64,000 bases of DNA from positions 4,896,001-4,960,000 of the forward strand of contig OY762007.1 in the NCBI GenBank assembly GCA_963665115.1. The letters are read 5' to 3'. The stretch is from an uncultured Rivularia sp. GTDB lineage: Bacteria > Cyanobacteriota > Cyanobacteriia > Cyanobacteriales > Nostocaceae. Below, piece by piece: positions 19,436-31,690 of this stretch; position 1 is the stretch's first letter, and each line of letters opens with the position of its first letter. The translations under genes were made by a program, and so were the position numbers. The notes beneath the pieces are model-generated. The model was not told where the DNA came from, did no database searches, and saw nothing but the letters and a program-made list of their open reading frames with translations.

Positions 19436-20890
19436 TTTACCCCGTGTCCCGATTTTAATTTTTTCCAGTTTGCTTATCGAAGCAAATGAATTTTTATGTA
19501 GTAGTTTTCCTCTCCAGGAGCAGCTTATCCTTTTATTACTCCAATTTAAATCGCTGCTTAGGACTGATTGATCGTCAAAGAGAATCTATTATATGGCTGA
19601 TGCTCGATAAGACAAATATAGTAAACGAATTCCCTTGCCTTCATAAATTAACCGCACAGCGCTCGCTACGCGAACAACCTGCTTTGTATAGAAGTAGAAT
19701 TTTTTCTGTTTCTCGCTCAATTTCCTACTCTAAAGTCAGAACAACCTAAAAACTCACAGACTATTACTATTAGCCCGAGCAATAGCACGAGCTTTAATAT
19801 AAGTTTACTCTCCAAGAAAATTTGAGAAGGATTTTTGAGGCACGGGCAGTGGAAACATGATTTTTGCGAACAAATCAATGAAATAGCTCAACGAATATTT
19901 TTTTAAACATACCAATCGGTTATAACTGCTTTATTATTCAATAACTACACCATTCTTCATGCTCTTTATCTGAAAAAACCTTTATTAGCCTGCTTCTGCC
20001 ACTCATTTTCTAGATTATTATAGAAAACTTAAACCCAATGATTAACATTTCCGATATCACCTAAAACTTGTCGCTCTACTTGCACATCAGCTAGTTTTAC
20101 AGAGACGAATATTTTGTGAAAGTGGGATATGTAACAATCAAATAAAAAATAGCGATTACAAACTTGATGAATTTTTATGAAATTCTCATCGCAACACCTA
20201 CTCCCAACCGAAGTGAACATTAGATAAAAGCATAATCGCAAAAATAATTAAAACTTAAACAATTATTTTGCTATTATTAGTCCATGTTAGTATTTAATAT
20301 AAATTATGAGGAAACAAAACCATAATAAATTGCCGTACAAGCGCGGTACCTATAGCTTTGTTTCTTCGTAATCTAGGGGCATAAAAATTTTTGTCTCTAT
20401 TGGCAGTATAAAAGGATTTATCCTCGTAAATCCTTAGTAATAAGTATGCTGTCTTAAGCCATAGAGCGATGTTAGGGAAAATCCTGCAACTCTTAGAGTC
20501 TAAAAGACTTTGGCTGCAAATAAAATGCCTGTTGACTTCTTGAGTCTGCCCGCTTATTTAAAAGCAGGCTCGCATAGTTTGAAAAAGCAAATTACAGTTA
20601 ATTAGCTTTGTTTAAAAGCCGAGTGAGAAAAATTTTTCATCTCTGATGGTAAACATGACGATTAGCTGTGTCATAAGCCTGAAACTAATTTCTTTTAAAG
20701 ACGGTAGTTTATGAGTAAAATGTTGTGGAATCACGTCAACATAATTCTCATAGGATTAGACTTTCAGGAATTGAGGCTTACTTAAAGTCTAAAAAAGCTT
20801 AATGTAAGGATGTCAAAAAATCGCCTTTAGGCAAGGCATAAAACCGCATTATTTATCGCGAAAGCACAGATTAAGGAAATTTTGAGTGTA

Positions 20891-21305
20891 ATGAGTGAAA
20901 CAGCAACAGCGCCATTAACAGGAAAAACACTGCTTGCCAAAGTTAAAGAACTATCTAACTTGCCAAGACGAGAAAGAGCAAAGCAGTGCGGTTATTACAC
21001 TACTACTAAGAATGGTCAGGTACGAGTAAACCTAACAGATTTTTACGATGCTTTGTTATCGGCCAGGGGAATTCCCTTGAGTCCGGAAACACCAAAAGAT
21101 GGTCGAGGGACGCGAACCGACATACAGAGTTAGCGTTCACCAAAACGGTCAAATTGTTATTGGTGCTACATATACCAAGGCAATGGGTTTAAAATCGGGA
21201 GATGAGTTTGAAATCAAGTTGGGATACAAACACATCCACTTAATTCAAGTTGACGGCGCAAGTCAAACAGACGAAGATTCTGATGAAGAATCAGAAGAAG
21301 AGTAA
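20891..21305 (+). CDS. calA: Cyanobacterial AbrB-like regulator (cyAbrB, CalA type); apparent +1 frameshift near 21108
   Basis: MSETATAPLTGKTLLAKVKEL...PKDGRG joins REPTYRVSVHQNGQIVIGATYT...GDEFEIKLGYKHIHL when one G of GAGGGA is removed. Confidence 0.88.
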
Positions 21306-21373
21306 GTTTTTCTTATCGCAGGGATAAGAAAGGAAGACAATTTTTTATTACTTTTCCCTGCACTTATAAGTAG

Positions 21374-21434
21374 ATAGTTGTTTTGGCGGATTTTCAGTTA
21401 ATTATTGAAAATTTTAATATGCCAAAACAACTAT
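21374..21434. terminator. Long hairpin downstream of calA
   Basis: Perfect 14-bp inverted repeat ATAGTTGTTTTGGC / GCCAAAACAACTAT. A second hairpin, TTCTTATC/GATAAGAA, lies just after the stop codon. Confidence 0.55.
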
Positions 21435-21643
21435 ATTGCTCTGAAAAATTTTGGGCGTTTGATTGAAAATAGCCAAAAAGTACGATTCAATTGCGAGTCA
21501 TAGTTATAGGGAATAGAGAAGTATTAACGTGATTGATGCTTCTCTTTTCTGTAGCTAAATATTAAAAGCTAAGTAAATATTTTTCTCTTTTTAACAAAAA
21601 ATCTTTAGAAAGCTATTAGTCGTTGTGTTTATGATGGTTAATT

Positions 21644-22486
21644 TTGACAGATTTATTTGAGCCGTTTAGTAATAAGTTGGTGTCTCAGTGGGAAAATGCA
21701 CCCGCATACGTTGTAGTCATAGTTTTTTTTATTGCTTGGATAGTGTGTTGGCTACCAATAGCATCTATTTTGGCAAAAGTGCTGCATTGGACACCGAAGC
21801 AACCTTTGCAACCAGAGCAAAAAAATGCTTTACTAATTTCTCTTTATTTATTAGCTCCGGCAATCTTACTCCTAACTAATTTGCTGACAAATCAATCTTT
21901 CGCAGCTTACGGTTGGATAGGTGATTTTTCAATTTTATATTCGCTTTTTTTAGGCTTTGGCTGGGGAGTCGTAAGTTTAGCCTTCGTATTCGGTTGTCAG
22001 TTATATTTCGGTTTATGTAAGTTTAAACTACCGAATCTAGAATCACTTCCATCTACATTACTCTCTATAATGCTGGTAGCGTTATTAGTGGGTGCTATTG
22101 AAGAATTAGTGTTTCGAGGTTTTCTTTTTACTCAACTCGAAAAAATGCATTCAGTTTGGGTTGCAGCAATAATTTCGGGTTTAATTTTCGCATTATTGCA
22201 TTTAGTTTGGGAACGACGCGAAACAACTCCCCAACTTCCTGGATTATGGCTAATGGGAATGGTTTTAGTATTAGCAAGATTTGCCGATAATGGGAGCTTA
22301 GGTTTAGCTTGGGGACTTCACGCTGGTTGGGTGTGGTCAATAGCGAGTATTGATACGCTTAACTTAGTTGATTACACTGATGATAAATTTAAGTGGATAA
22401 CAGGTAAGAATAACAAACCCTTAGCAGGTGTTGCCGGAATATTTTGTATGGTAATAACCGGCACAATTTTATATTTAATGCTTTAA
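21644..22486 (+). CDS. CPBP (CAAX/Abi) family intramembrane metalloprotease
   Basis: EELVFRG, FALLH and GLHAGW motifs in a multi-TM protein. Confidence 0.92.
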   Translation: MTDLFEPFSNKLVSQWENAPAYVVVIVFFIAWIVCWLPIASILAKVLHWTPKQPLQPEQKNALLISLYLLAPAILLLTNLLTNQSFAAYGWIGDFSILYSLFLGFGWGVVSLAFVFGCQLYFGLCKFKLPNLESLPSTLLSIMLVALLVGAIEELVFRGFLFTQLEKMHSVWVAAIISGLIFALLHLVWERRETTPQLPGLWLMGMVLVLARFADNGSLGLAWGLHAGWVWSIASIDTLNLVDYTDDKFKWITGKNNKPLAGVAGIFCMVITGTILYLML

Positions 22487-22495
22487 TTATTTTTC

Positions 22496-22546
22496 CGTAG
22501 TAAGTGGCTCTAGCCCTGTCATCCGAGGACTAAAGTCCTTACTACG
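22496..22546. repeat. GTAG-type palindromic element between convergent genes
   Basis: CGTAGTAAG...AGGACTAAAGTCCTTACTACG termini. Confidence 0.7.
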
Positions 22547-22553
22547 AGCCAGT

Positions 22554-23667
22554 TTACCCAAACGGAACCAAACGCTTGAGGGCACGACCTACAACGTCAC
22601 CGTAACGCAATTGTCCGCATAGAATTTGCCCCATAATCTGACTGCCAGTCGGACGTTTTACACCTGCTTTGTAGCCAACACCGGGGAAGCGATAGAATGC
22701 ACCGGCTAACTTTTGCGCCCAAGCCATATCACTGCCCCATTCTTCCGCGATTACTTCAGTGTATTGTTCTAAAGCATTAGCATCACCACCGAGTGCTTTA
22801 TGAATGGCTTCAGCAGCTTTCATACCGCTAAAAATAGAAGGACGAATTCCTTCGGCTGTCATCGGATCGACTACACAAGCTGCTTCTCCAGCTAAAACTG
22901 CGTTTTGAGTGTGTAGTGTTTTATTCCCATTCCATACGCATACGGGATGGCTGTACTCCTTAGCAGTACTGACATCCACACCAAGCATCGAACTGCAATC
23001 TTTGAAAATTTTGGTGAAATTACCTGGTTCTCCACCAAGGAAGGTTGTAGCACCGATAGACACACCATCAGCTTTGGGGAAGCTCCAGATATAGCCGTTT
23101 TTAATTGTGCCGAATTCAAACAGAATTTTAGATTTATCTTGTCCCGGTGCAGCAGGTGCTTCCAAAGCAGCAGCTAAACGGCGCTTAGGTTCTTTAAAAC
23201 CAAGCCATTTTGCCATTGGGGCCAGCCGCACCATCAGCAGCAATTAAATAACGTGCCGAAAATGTACCATTTGCCGTACTTACTTCCCAATGGTCGCTTT
23301 TGAACTCAATAGATTTTACTTCAGTACTATCCTTGAGTTCCGCGCCTTGCGTCACAGCTTGCTTAACTAGAAAATGGTCAAAAACATCTCGCTGTACCAT
23401 CCATACTGGTTCGATGGTCTGTATCTTGGTTTCTACTGGATCTCCTTTTTTCCAAGTAAACTTGATGGTGTCTACCTTCATGGAAATTGCAGGGCTGAAA
23501 TCGAAGTCAAACCATTTGGCGATCGCAGGTGATACGCCACCACCACAGGGTTTATATCTTGGTAGAGATTCTCTTTCTAAAACAAGTACCGAACGTCCTT
23601 GTTTTGCTAAATGATACGCAGCAGTTCCACCAGCAGGACCCGCACCGACGATAATGCAATCGTACAT
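22554..23667 (-). CDS. Geranylgeranyl reductase family FAD oxidoreductase; apparent +1 frameshift near 23219
   Basis: VGAGPAG, RYKPCGGG and ADGAAGP join MAKWLG...GYIWSFPK...GEAACVVDPMTAEGI after removing one base of a G4 run. Confidence 0.88.
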
Positions 23668-24242
23668 ACTGTTAAACTTTTACTCCTTAATAAACGGTCT
23701 GTATTTAGGTCTTATCATCAACTGTTACCGATAAAATGACTCAAATTATTCGCCATTTTACTTGGAATTATTTGTATTTATCTGAATCTCTATTCTTGAA
23801 TAACTATATCCATCCGTAAATATAACTAATTAAAATTCATTTTTAACCGATTTATTATATTTATGCTTTTAGTATTTTTTTTCTGTACTGATATGCTCTG
23901 CATAATTTAAATTTGCTTATATGTATTTAACTTTACAGTTTAATTAATATAAGTTGTATTACCGCTAATAAATTATAATTAACTGCCTTGACGAATTAAA
24001 AATTTTTGGTTAAGTATTGAAGATATATTATTAAGTTTGAATAAATTTAATATTGACTCTGCTACAGTTTATCGTGGTTGAGTGCTATTTATTATCGAAA
24101 ATGACTCAGTATTCTTTAATAGAAGATAAAATATTCACGATCGAGTGTTTCTAGTTATCGAACAAAAAAAAGCCTAGAGTCAGAAGTTAGCATAAAACCA
24201 TTAGCTCATAACTTCCAACTCTAAGCTCGTTTAATTCACATC

Positions 24243-24791
24243 TTAAACAGTTGTGATGTCTTTTTCTTTTTCTCCGAATAAATCGTCTATTTTACTCGTA
24301 TACTTGTTTGTCAATTTTTGCACTTCGTCTTGCAAATCTCGCGATTCATCTTCAGAAATTTCAGCAGCTTTCTCCTGTTTCTTAACCGTATCTAAGGCAT
24401 CCCGACGAATATTACGGATAGCAACGCGCCCTTCTTCGGCATACTTAGCAGCGAGTTTGACAAATTCTTTACGACGTTCTTCAGTCAAAGGCGGAATATT
24501 TAGCCTGATGATAGAACCGTCGTTGTTGGGAGTTAAACCCACATCCGACATCGAAATCGCTTTTTCGATTGCACCCAAGCTGCTTTGGTCGTAGGGTTGA
24601 ATTGTTATAGTGGTAGCATCCGGCGTACCCATGTTCGCCAAAGACTTTAAACTAGTAGGTGCCCCATAATAGTCAACCATAATTTTATCCAGCAGACTGG
24701 AATTAGCGCGACCAGTCCGAATCGTATTGAAAGAACGTTGAGTAGCTTCAACGGTCTTTTGCATTGTACTTTCAGCTTCAGCTAATTTCAC
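24243..24791 (-). CDS. frr: Ribosome recycling factor
   Basis: [15 protein letters not shown] and AIRNIRRDA motifs. GTG start (VKLAEAE) overlaps the pyrH stop. Confidence 0.97.
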   Translation of the reverse strand: MKLAEAESTMQKTVEATQRSFNTIRTGRANSSLLDKIMVDYYGAPTSLKSLANMGTPDATTITIQPYDQSSLGAIEKAISMSDVGLTPNNDGSIIRLNIPPLTEERRKEFVKLAAKYAEEGRVAIRNIRRDALDTVKKQEKAAEISEDESRDLQDEVQKLTNKYTSKIDDLFGEKEKDITTV

Positions 24792-25506
24792 AAGAACCTC
24801 CCACAATGGTGCCAATAGATTCTCCCATGACTGCGCGGTGAATATTACCTCGCACATTCAAGTCAAAGACAAGAATTGGGATATCGTTTTCTTTACATAA
24901 GGCGATCGCAGTACTATCCATGACTCGCAAATCCTTATTTAAGACGTGCGCGTATGTTAGCGATTGGTAACGCTTAGCTTCGGGATTATCCTTTGGATCG
25001 GAATCGTACACTCCGTCTACCTTCGTAGCTTTAAAAATTACTTCCGCATCGATTTCAGCTGCTCTTAATGCAGCAGCAGTATCGGTAGTAAAAAAGGGAT
25101 TACCCGAACCCGCACCAAAAATAACCACCAGTCCTAATTCTAGATGACGGATGGCTTTACGACGTATATATGGTTCGGCTACTTCTTGCATTGCGATCGC
25201 GGTTTGTAGGCGCGTCTGTACGTCTATTCTTTCGAGGGATTCTTGCAGCGTCATAGCGTTCATTACTGTGGCAATCATCCCGATGTAGTCGGCAGTTGCC
25301 CGATCCATACCAGCGGAAGCAGCTTTCATACCGCGAAATATATTTCCGCCTCCTACTACTATGGCAAGTTGAACGCCGGTGGCTACAACCTCTTTTACTT
25401 CTGAAGCTATAGAATTAACCACCTCGGGATCAATTCCGTAGCCCATACTGCCCATTAAGGCTTCACCGCTCAGTTTAAGTAAAACCCGTCGGTAACCTGT
25501 ACCCAT
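24778..25506 (-). CDS. pyrH: UMP kinase
   Basis: [25 protein letters not shown] and KVDGVYD motifs; adjacent to frr. Confidence 0.97.
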   Translation of the reverse strand: MGTGYRRVLLKLSGEALMGSMGYGIDPEVVNSIASEVKEVVATGVQLAIVVGGGNIFRGMKAASAGMDRATADYIGMIATVMNAMTLQESLERIDVQTRLQTAIAMQEVAEPYIRRKAIRHLELGLVVIFGAGSGNPFFTTDTAAALRAAEIDAEVIFKATKVDGVYDSDPKDNPEAKRYQSLTYAHVLNKDLRVMDSTAIALCKENDIPILVFDLNVRGNIHRAVMGESIGTIVGGSCEIS

Positions 25507-25576
25507 GAAGTTAAGCTTTATCCAATATTTGTATTTGCCTCCAGTTTAAGATATCAGTCTCCCACACTATCTGTCT

Positions 25577-26131
25577 CTAATTTCGCCATACCAAACTACT
25601 ACCAGAGGCTTCTGTTTCGGTTACGGCGATTTCTTCTGAGTTGAATAAACAGGTAACGGCATTCTTCAAATAAGATTTTTCAGATGTATCTTGTTTTTGA
25701 GCATTGCTATCAACTTGCCCTCTGTAGCGTACAACACCATCTTTATCGATCAGAAATGCTGTTGGCGTTTTTGTGGCACCGAAGCTACGAGTCACATCTT
25801 GTGTGGAGTCCCATAGATAAGGAAAATTTAATTGGTTTTCTCTGGCAAAAGCTTTCATAGAATCAAAACTTTCCGACGGATCGTTATGGGCGATATTCCC
25901 GTTGACTCCAATTAAAGTAAAGCCGTCTTTGCCAAGTTCTGTCTGCAATTTTTTTAGTTTATCTATATACAACCCTACGTAGGGGCAGCGGTTGCACATA
26001 GAAATTACGCCAACTGCACGGAATTTTTCTAAATAACGTCTTAGATGGTGTACTTGATCGTCAATTCCTGGCAGTTCAAAATCAGGTGCGTATTTTCCTA
26101 TGCGGGTATCCATTGTTTTTAGTACACTCAT
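25577..26131 (-). CDS. Thioredoxin-fold protein (AhpC/TSA/redoxin family)
   Basis: APDFELPG, CNRCPYV, FPYLWD..QDV and TP.AFLID motifs. Start codon uncertain. Confidence 0.88.
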   Translation of the reverse strand: MSVLKTMDTRIGKYAPDFELPGIDDQVHHLRRYLEKFRAVGVISMCNRCPYVGLYIDKLKKLQTELGKDGFTLIGVNGNIAHNDPSESFDSMKAFARENQLNFPYLWDSTQDVTRSFGATKTPTAFLIDKDGVVRYRGQVDSNAQKQDTSEKSYLKNAVTCLFNSEEIAVTETEASGSSLVWRN

Positions 26132-26875
26132 ATTCTCGGTTGCTGGAAGGAAATGGAAACAGCAAAACACATTTTTCATGTAGTGGGCGTGCGTCCATTT
26201 TCAAGCCACCCTCTGTGTAGATGCTTAACTGATATCCAACAATTTTATAGTTCGCACTCAATAGTCGTAAATTGTAAAACTACTGAATCGCAGCAAAAGT
26301 TCTAGATATGGGGGAGCATTTAATAGTGTTTATATTTTTTTTCATTCGTCAAAATAGGGCAAATTTTTTCCTCAGTATTCAATTGCAGCAATAATCAATA
26401 GAAGATATGTAGGATAGCAGTTTTCGAGAAATGTTATTTCGATTTTATATGCCCTATGTATAGTTATTTATAGTCAAAAAAATCATTTGGGTTGAAGTTC
26501 ATCTGTTGAATTTGCATCAGAGAAAATACTGTTAACTATTTATTCAAAAGATACTTTTAACATCCGCTATCTGGTTATTGTTAATTTTTATGTATCAAAG
26601 TAAGATTTCACCATCTCTCATTCTTTCACGCCTGTTTGTTAAAAATAATCTTGAAGCAGGGAAAATCGCTCGTATTAATTTTTATCGAGGTAAAAATACT
26701 AGCTTTCCTATAACCAGAATAATGAGTAAACTGATTGTATATACGAGTAAAAAGTAAGTTTCCCTGCTTTGCCTTAAGAAACAAAGTTTGGAATTGCTGG
26801 GACAATAAAAATATCAATCCGGTGCGGTTTCCATTTTTGCGTTTATTTAATTTATATATATAAAATTGATTTTCT

Positions 26876-27772
26876 ATGAGTACTTCTATTTCCACCCCAG
26901 TATTTAGCTCGACAAAAACCTGGATGTGGCAAGGTTTTCCCATTTGCTATCAAACTCAAGGAACTACTGGCTCGGCTGTTGTTTTGATACATGGGTTTGG
27001 TGCTTCTTGGGGACATTTTAGAAAGAATATCCCGGTGTTGGCAGAAAATTGTCGGGTTTATGCAATTGATTTGATTGGATTTGGGGGTTCAGCTAAACCC
27101 AAACCGGGTGAAGAAATTGCTTATACTTTTGAAACCTGGGGACAGCAGATTGCTGATTTTTGCCGCGAAGTAGTAGGTGAATCTGCTTTTTTAGTAGGAA
27201 ATTCTATTGGCTGTATAGCAGCGATGCAAGCTGCTGTAGATAATCCAGATATTGCGTTAGGCGTAGCACTGCTTAACTGTTCTCTACGGCTTTTACACGA
27301 ACGAAAACAAGCAGAGCTACCGTATTATCGCCGTATGGGAGCGCCTTTACTACAGCGCATACTATCTATTAAGTCAGTAGGTAAATTCTTTTTTAATCAA
27401 ATAGCTAAACCCAAAACCGTGCGTTCGATTCTACTGCAAGCTTATCCTACTGGTGAAGCTGTAACAGATGAATTGATCGATATTTTAATGACACCAGCAA
27501 GAGATCCAGGTGCTGCGGCGGTGTTTTTAGCATTCACGGCTTATTCTCAAGGTCCTTTAGCAGAAGACCTTTTACCCAAGCTACCATGTCCAGCTATTAT
27601 CTTGTGGGGAACAGCCGATCCTTGGGAACCAATAGAATTAGGTAGAGAGCTAGCTGAATTTCCGCAGGTGATGAAATTTATACCTTTAGAAGGAATAGGG
27701 CATTGCCCCCAAGATGAAGCCCCAGAATTGGTAAATCCAATTTTGCACGATTGGATTTCGGAGCTTTCTTAG
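26876..27772 (+). CDS. Alpha/beta hydrolase
   Basis: LIHGFGAS, nucleophile elbow GNSIG, WG..DPW, GHCPQDE. Confidence 0.92.
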   Translation: MSTSISTPVFSSTKTWMWQGFPICYQTQGTTGSAVVLIHGFGASWGHFRKNIPVLAENCRVYAIDLIGFGGSAKPKPGEEIAYTFETWGQQIADFCREVVGESAFLVGNSIGCIAAMQAAVDNPDIALGVALLNCSLRLLHERKQAELPYYRRMGAPLLQRILSIKSVGKFFFNQIAKPKTVRSILLQAYPTGEAVTDELIDILMTPARDPGAAAVFLAFTAYSQGPLAEDLLPKLPCPAIILWGTADPWEPIELGRELAEFPQVMKFIPLEGIGHCPQDEAPELVNPILHDWISELS

Positions 27773-27819
27773 AATAGGGAATTGGTAATTGGTATAGTCA
27801 TTCCATCCAATTAATTTCT

Positions 27820-27898
27820 GTAGTGCGTTAACGCAGTGTATCCGACAGGATATGCATCTTGCGATTTTGTACCGAACGAGCTTTTCGGCTCGCACTAC
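27820..27898. repeat. GTAG-type palindrome (GTAGTGCG...CGCACTAC) with a 25-nt insert
   Basis: 8-bp terminal inverted repeat. The insert at 27828-27852 matches copies at 6637, 6710 and 14382. Confidence 0.7.
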
Positions 27899-28259
27899 AA
27901 ACCATCTGTTTTTTCCGCAGGAATCACTAAAATTGGTAATGGGGAATATTCAAAATCCAAAATCCGTCGAGGATGCGTTTTGGGGGAAGAAAATCTACAC
28001 CCCAACGCCACTTCTCTCAACTTTCCGCAAAATCCAAAATCGAAACGGAGAATGACCTCTTCAAAATACTGAAGAGGCAATTATTCGATGTTTTAATGTG
28101 GTCAAAAATAATCGCCGAGCTACAAGTAACGCTCAATTTTTCTACAGAATTGAAAATAATGAATAAATTCTAAGAACTGTTTTGATGTCTGCGATAATAC
28201 AATTACGTCAACTTAGGAAGGCTACTAGCTGCTATTTGAAAAGCGCAGTTGCAGCATAA

Positions 28260-29688
28260 TTACAACAATGGGATATCATCCGAAGATTCAGGAGCGTCCA
28301 GTTTTTCTAACCAATCTTTACCTACCTGAATACTAATGTCGGAATTAAGGCTACCAGTACTTTCTACGCGCACTTCCCCAAATCCTAAAAGGCTGCGGAC
28401 TGATTCTGCGCTGTTTTCATCTCCTTGTTGAGCAACAACACGAGTTACTTTTAAAGGCTGACTCCAGCTTTTAGCTACGTAAATTCTTCCATAACCGGCT
28501 TTTCGTAAATTTCTCATTAAGCGTCGGAAACTAACGTCATCGCTGCCAGTATGATTTTGAATAGCAATTCGTAAAGACGATGGATCGACAGGTTGTAATT
28601 CATCTTCAGTTTCTATGCCAAAGTGTTGAGCCATCATGCTACTTATACGACGAGGAGAAGGTATCCAGTAGCTAGCGTTGTACTCTTTTGGAGTGCTAAA
28701 GCGTCCGGGCAACATTAACATTTGCATATTGGAGCGATTGGTTCGTACTCCAAAACCTACCAGCGCTAATAATTCCTCAACTGTCAAGTTAGTATCTATA
28801 TGTTCTTTGACTACGTTAAGAATTTTAGGCAATTGTGCTAGTGTCGCCGGATTAAGCGCCTGATCCATTAATGCTCGCATAACCAGTTGCTGGCGTTGAA
28901 TCCGACCAATATCTCCTCTTCCATCGTTACGGAAGCGTAAAAGCTGTAGTGCTTTGTCTCCATCAAGATGCTGTTTACCCGCTTTCAAATTGATGTATAA
29001 ATGCTGGGAATCATCTTGATACTTTAAATCTTCGGGTACATTTACCGTTACTCCTCCCAAAGCATCGATTAGCTTACCTACACCTAAAACGTTAATCCGC
29101 ATATAGCGGTCGATCGCCACTCCTTCTAAAAGGTTACTTGCAGTTCTAGCACTTAAAGCAGGACCCCCCAAGGGTGTTAGATGCGTTGATTTTTTTTATC
29201 CCATACCCATCGATTCTAGTTCGAGTATCTCTAGGAATGGAAAGCATGGTCAACTTTTTATTCTGAGGATCGAACTTTATCAGTAGCATGACATCAGCAA
29301 GACCATCAAAAGAATTGACTTGAGGTAAGTATCCTAAATCTCTGACTTTAGATGGAGCATTTTGTGTATCTGGGGGAAGTACGCTCATTCCCATAACTAA
29401 AACGTTGACAGGGCGAGTTAATTCGGAAAAACGTAGCCCGCCCCCGGCAATGCTATCACTCTCGAATACAGCCGCTTCATCCGCACTCAGATTGGCTTGC
29501 ATTAAAGGGGTACTGCTTAAAGAAACCGCTAACAGCGCTCCTGCGGTAGCAGATACCATTGCAATACCACTCATACCTACCCAGAACCATAACCACCTTC
29601 CGGATTTAGAATTATTCCCTTTTTTGTCATTTGATTTAGGAGGGGACGCAGAATGGCTATCTTGCGCCGAAGTTCTTTGAATGGTCAC
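28260..29688 (-). CDS. LCP (LytR-CpsA-Psr) family protein with LytR_C domain; apparent +1 frameshift near 29166
   Basis: TM anchor, LSIPRDT and KINA join GGPAL...LRFR....GDIGRIQRQQ...DISIQVGKDW after removing one C of a C6 run. Confidence 0.9.
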
Positions 29689-29992
29689 TGACTTCCTCAC
29701 ACTTATTGATAAAAATTCAAATTTTTGCTTTGCATTACTTGCAGACGAATCAACCCATAATAGCTAACTCTTAATTATCAGTGCTAACTACACGAATGCA
29801 CGTGTCAACCACAACACTTATAGCAGTATTTCTCCTATTTTTTTAGTTAATCCGGAGATGTTTTATGGAAGTATGGCAACTTTATACTAAATCTGACTGT
29901 AAAGATATAAAAATCTAAGTGTAATAAAAACTTTTGTTTAAAGTATTTAGTCCGCTAACAACCAATATTTCTACCTAATATTTATACTTAAA

Positions 29993-30400
29993 TCAAGATA
30001 AATATTTAGTTAAGACTTTCTCAGCAAATTCACTGAATCCTGGTACCCGTTGAGACTTGCCTTTAAACGTGCGAATAATCAACCAGGCACTGACTACAAA
30101 ATAGCCGCTTGTTACAAAGCTGTTGAGAATTTGGAAGCGTAGTGCGAAAAATTCTGAAGTTGAAGCTCCACTTCCCAACAGGATGTATCCTAAGCACCAA
30201 GTTAATGCTAATGTAATTGACAAACGAGAGGTTCTTAATTGTTCCCGGCTTCCTTCACGACGATAAAGCGTCCACAAGGATGGAAAAAAACCAATTACTG
30301 GGATTACGTATATAAGCATTCCAAGAAGGGAAATATCTTGTTTTTTAATTTTGCTGGAATTAGTAGATTCAAAATGCTTCATTAGTCTGAGTAAAATCAT
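29993..30400 (-). CDS. Small membrane hypothetical protein
   Basis: About three hydrophobic segments (IPVIGFFPSLWTL). Confidence 0.7.
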   Translation of the reverse strand: MILLRLMKHFESTNSSKIKKQDISLLGMLIYVIPVIGFFPSLWTLYRREGSREQLRTSRLSITLALTWCLGYILLGSGASTSEFFALRFQILNSFVTSGYFVVSAWLIIRTFKGKSQRVPGFSEFAEKVLTKYLS

Positions 30401-30493
30401 GAACTAGGGGGATGAGCGATCTGTCTTTAGTCGGGGATAATAAGCTTATAATTCCCGTATTTAATTAGTTGTCAACGGCAATCGGCTCTTTTT

Positions 30494-31690
30494 ATGCATA
30501 CACTTAAGGTTTATTATTGGTGGCAAAGCTTAACACCAATAGCGCGAATCGGCGCGATCGCCGTTGTTGCTCCGCTGTTAGTGATTAACGGTTGGGCGTT
30601 TTCAGTAATTTTTGATTACTTCCACTCGCTGATAGTCATTGTAGCCGGAGCTTCGGTACTAGCGTTTCTGCTCAACTATCCCGTAAGCTGGATGGAGCGT
30701 CAAGGTCTACAGCGCGAACCGATCGCAATTTTAGTATTTTTACTGACTTTATCTATCTTATTAGCGTTAGGTGTTACACTCGTTCCCTTAGCACTTACTC
30801 AAGCTCAACAATTGGTAGCTCGTCTACCAGAATTAATAGATTCGGGGGGACGCAGCCAATTGATGATACTGAACGAAAAAGCAGACGGTTTGGGTTTGCC
30901 AATCAATCTAGATGCTTTACTAGTACAGATTAACGACCGGGTAAAAGGACAATTACAAGCTATTGCCGGACAAGTCTTGAATTTAGCGGTAGTCACGGTA
31001 ACAAGTTTGCTCGATATTGTTCTAACTATGGTTTTAACCTTTTATCTGTTACAGCATGGGGGGGAACTTTGGCAAAGCTTGGTAGGTTGGCTTCCTGCAA
31101 GATTTCGCAACCCTTTTTCGGAGACAGTTCGTCTTAGCTTTCAAAATTTCTTTATCACTCAACTCATTTTATCTATTTGCATGGCCTCAGCCTTAATTCC
31201 GGCATTTTTATGGCTAAAAGTACCTTTTGGTTTACTGTTTGGTTTGACTATCGGTATTATGGCGTTAGTGCCCTTTGGCGGCTCTGTAGGTATTGCCCTT
31301 ACCACATCCTTAGTTGCATTACAAGATTTTTGGATTGGTATGAGGGCATTAATGGCTGCCGTCATCGTACAGCAAATACTAGAAAATATCATTGCTCCAC
31401 GAATTTTAGGTAGCTTTACAGGTTTGAATCCCGTTTGGGTTTTAATTTCTGTATTAACGGGGGCTAGAATCGGTGGATTGTTGGGTGTAATTGTAGCGGT
31501 ACCTAGCGCTGTTGTCATCAAAACAGCAATAGAAGCAGTACGCCCTTCAATTTCTAATTCTAATAAAGATGATATTACTTTGGAACAAAGTGAAGATTCT
31601 TACCAAAAACAAACAGAGGACACTAATTCCGAACTTAGCGTCCCTTCTGTTGATGTAGTTGCACCAAAAACATCTCCTCCGACGGCTTAA
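30494..31690 (+). CDS. AI-2E family transporter
   Basis: LAFLLNYPV, ENIIAPRILG and GGLLGVIVAVP motifs. Confidence 0.92.
   Translation: MHTLKVYYWWQSLTPIARIGAIAVVAPLLVINGWAFSVIFDYFHSLIVIVAGASVLAFLLNYPVSWMERQGLQREPIAILVFLLTLSILLALGVTLVPLALTQAQQLVARLPELIDSGGRSQLMILNEKADGLGLPINLDALLVQINDRVKGQLQAIAGQVLNLAVVTVTSLLDIVLTMVLTFYLLQHGGELWQSLVGWLPARFRNPFSETVRLSFQNFFITQLILSICMASALIPAFLWLKVPFGLLFGLTIGIMALVPFGGSVGIALTTSLVALQDFWIGMRALMAAVIVQQILENIIAPRILGSFTGLNPVWVLISVLTGARIGGLLGVIVAVPSAVVIKTAIEAVRPSISNSNKDDITLEQSEDSYQKQTEDTNSELSVPSVDVVAPKTSPPTA

Noticed and set aside
19486..20241. ORFs 19486..19749 and 20029..20241
   Set aside because: No motifs or convincing ribosome-binding sites; probably chance ORFs in a regulatory spacer.
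27686..28173. Cluster of short overlapping ORFs between the hydrolase and LCP genes
   Set aside because: The region is built from palindromic and AAAATCC repeats with inserts, and has no protein motifs.
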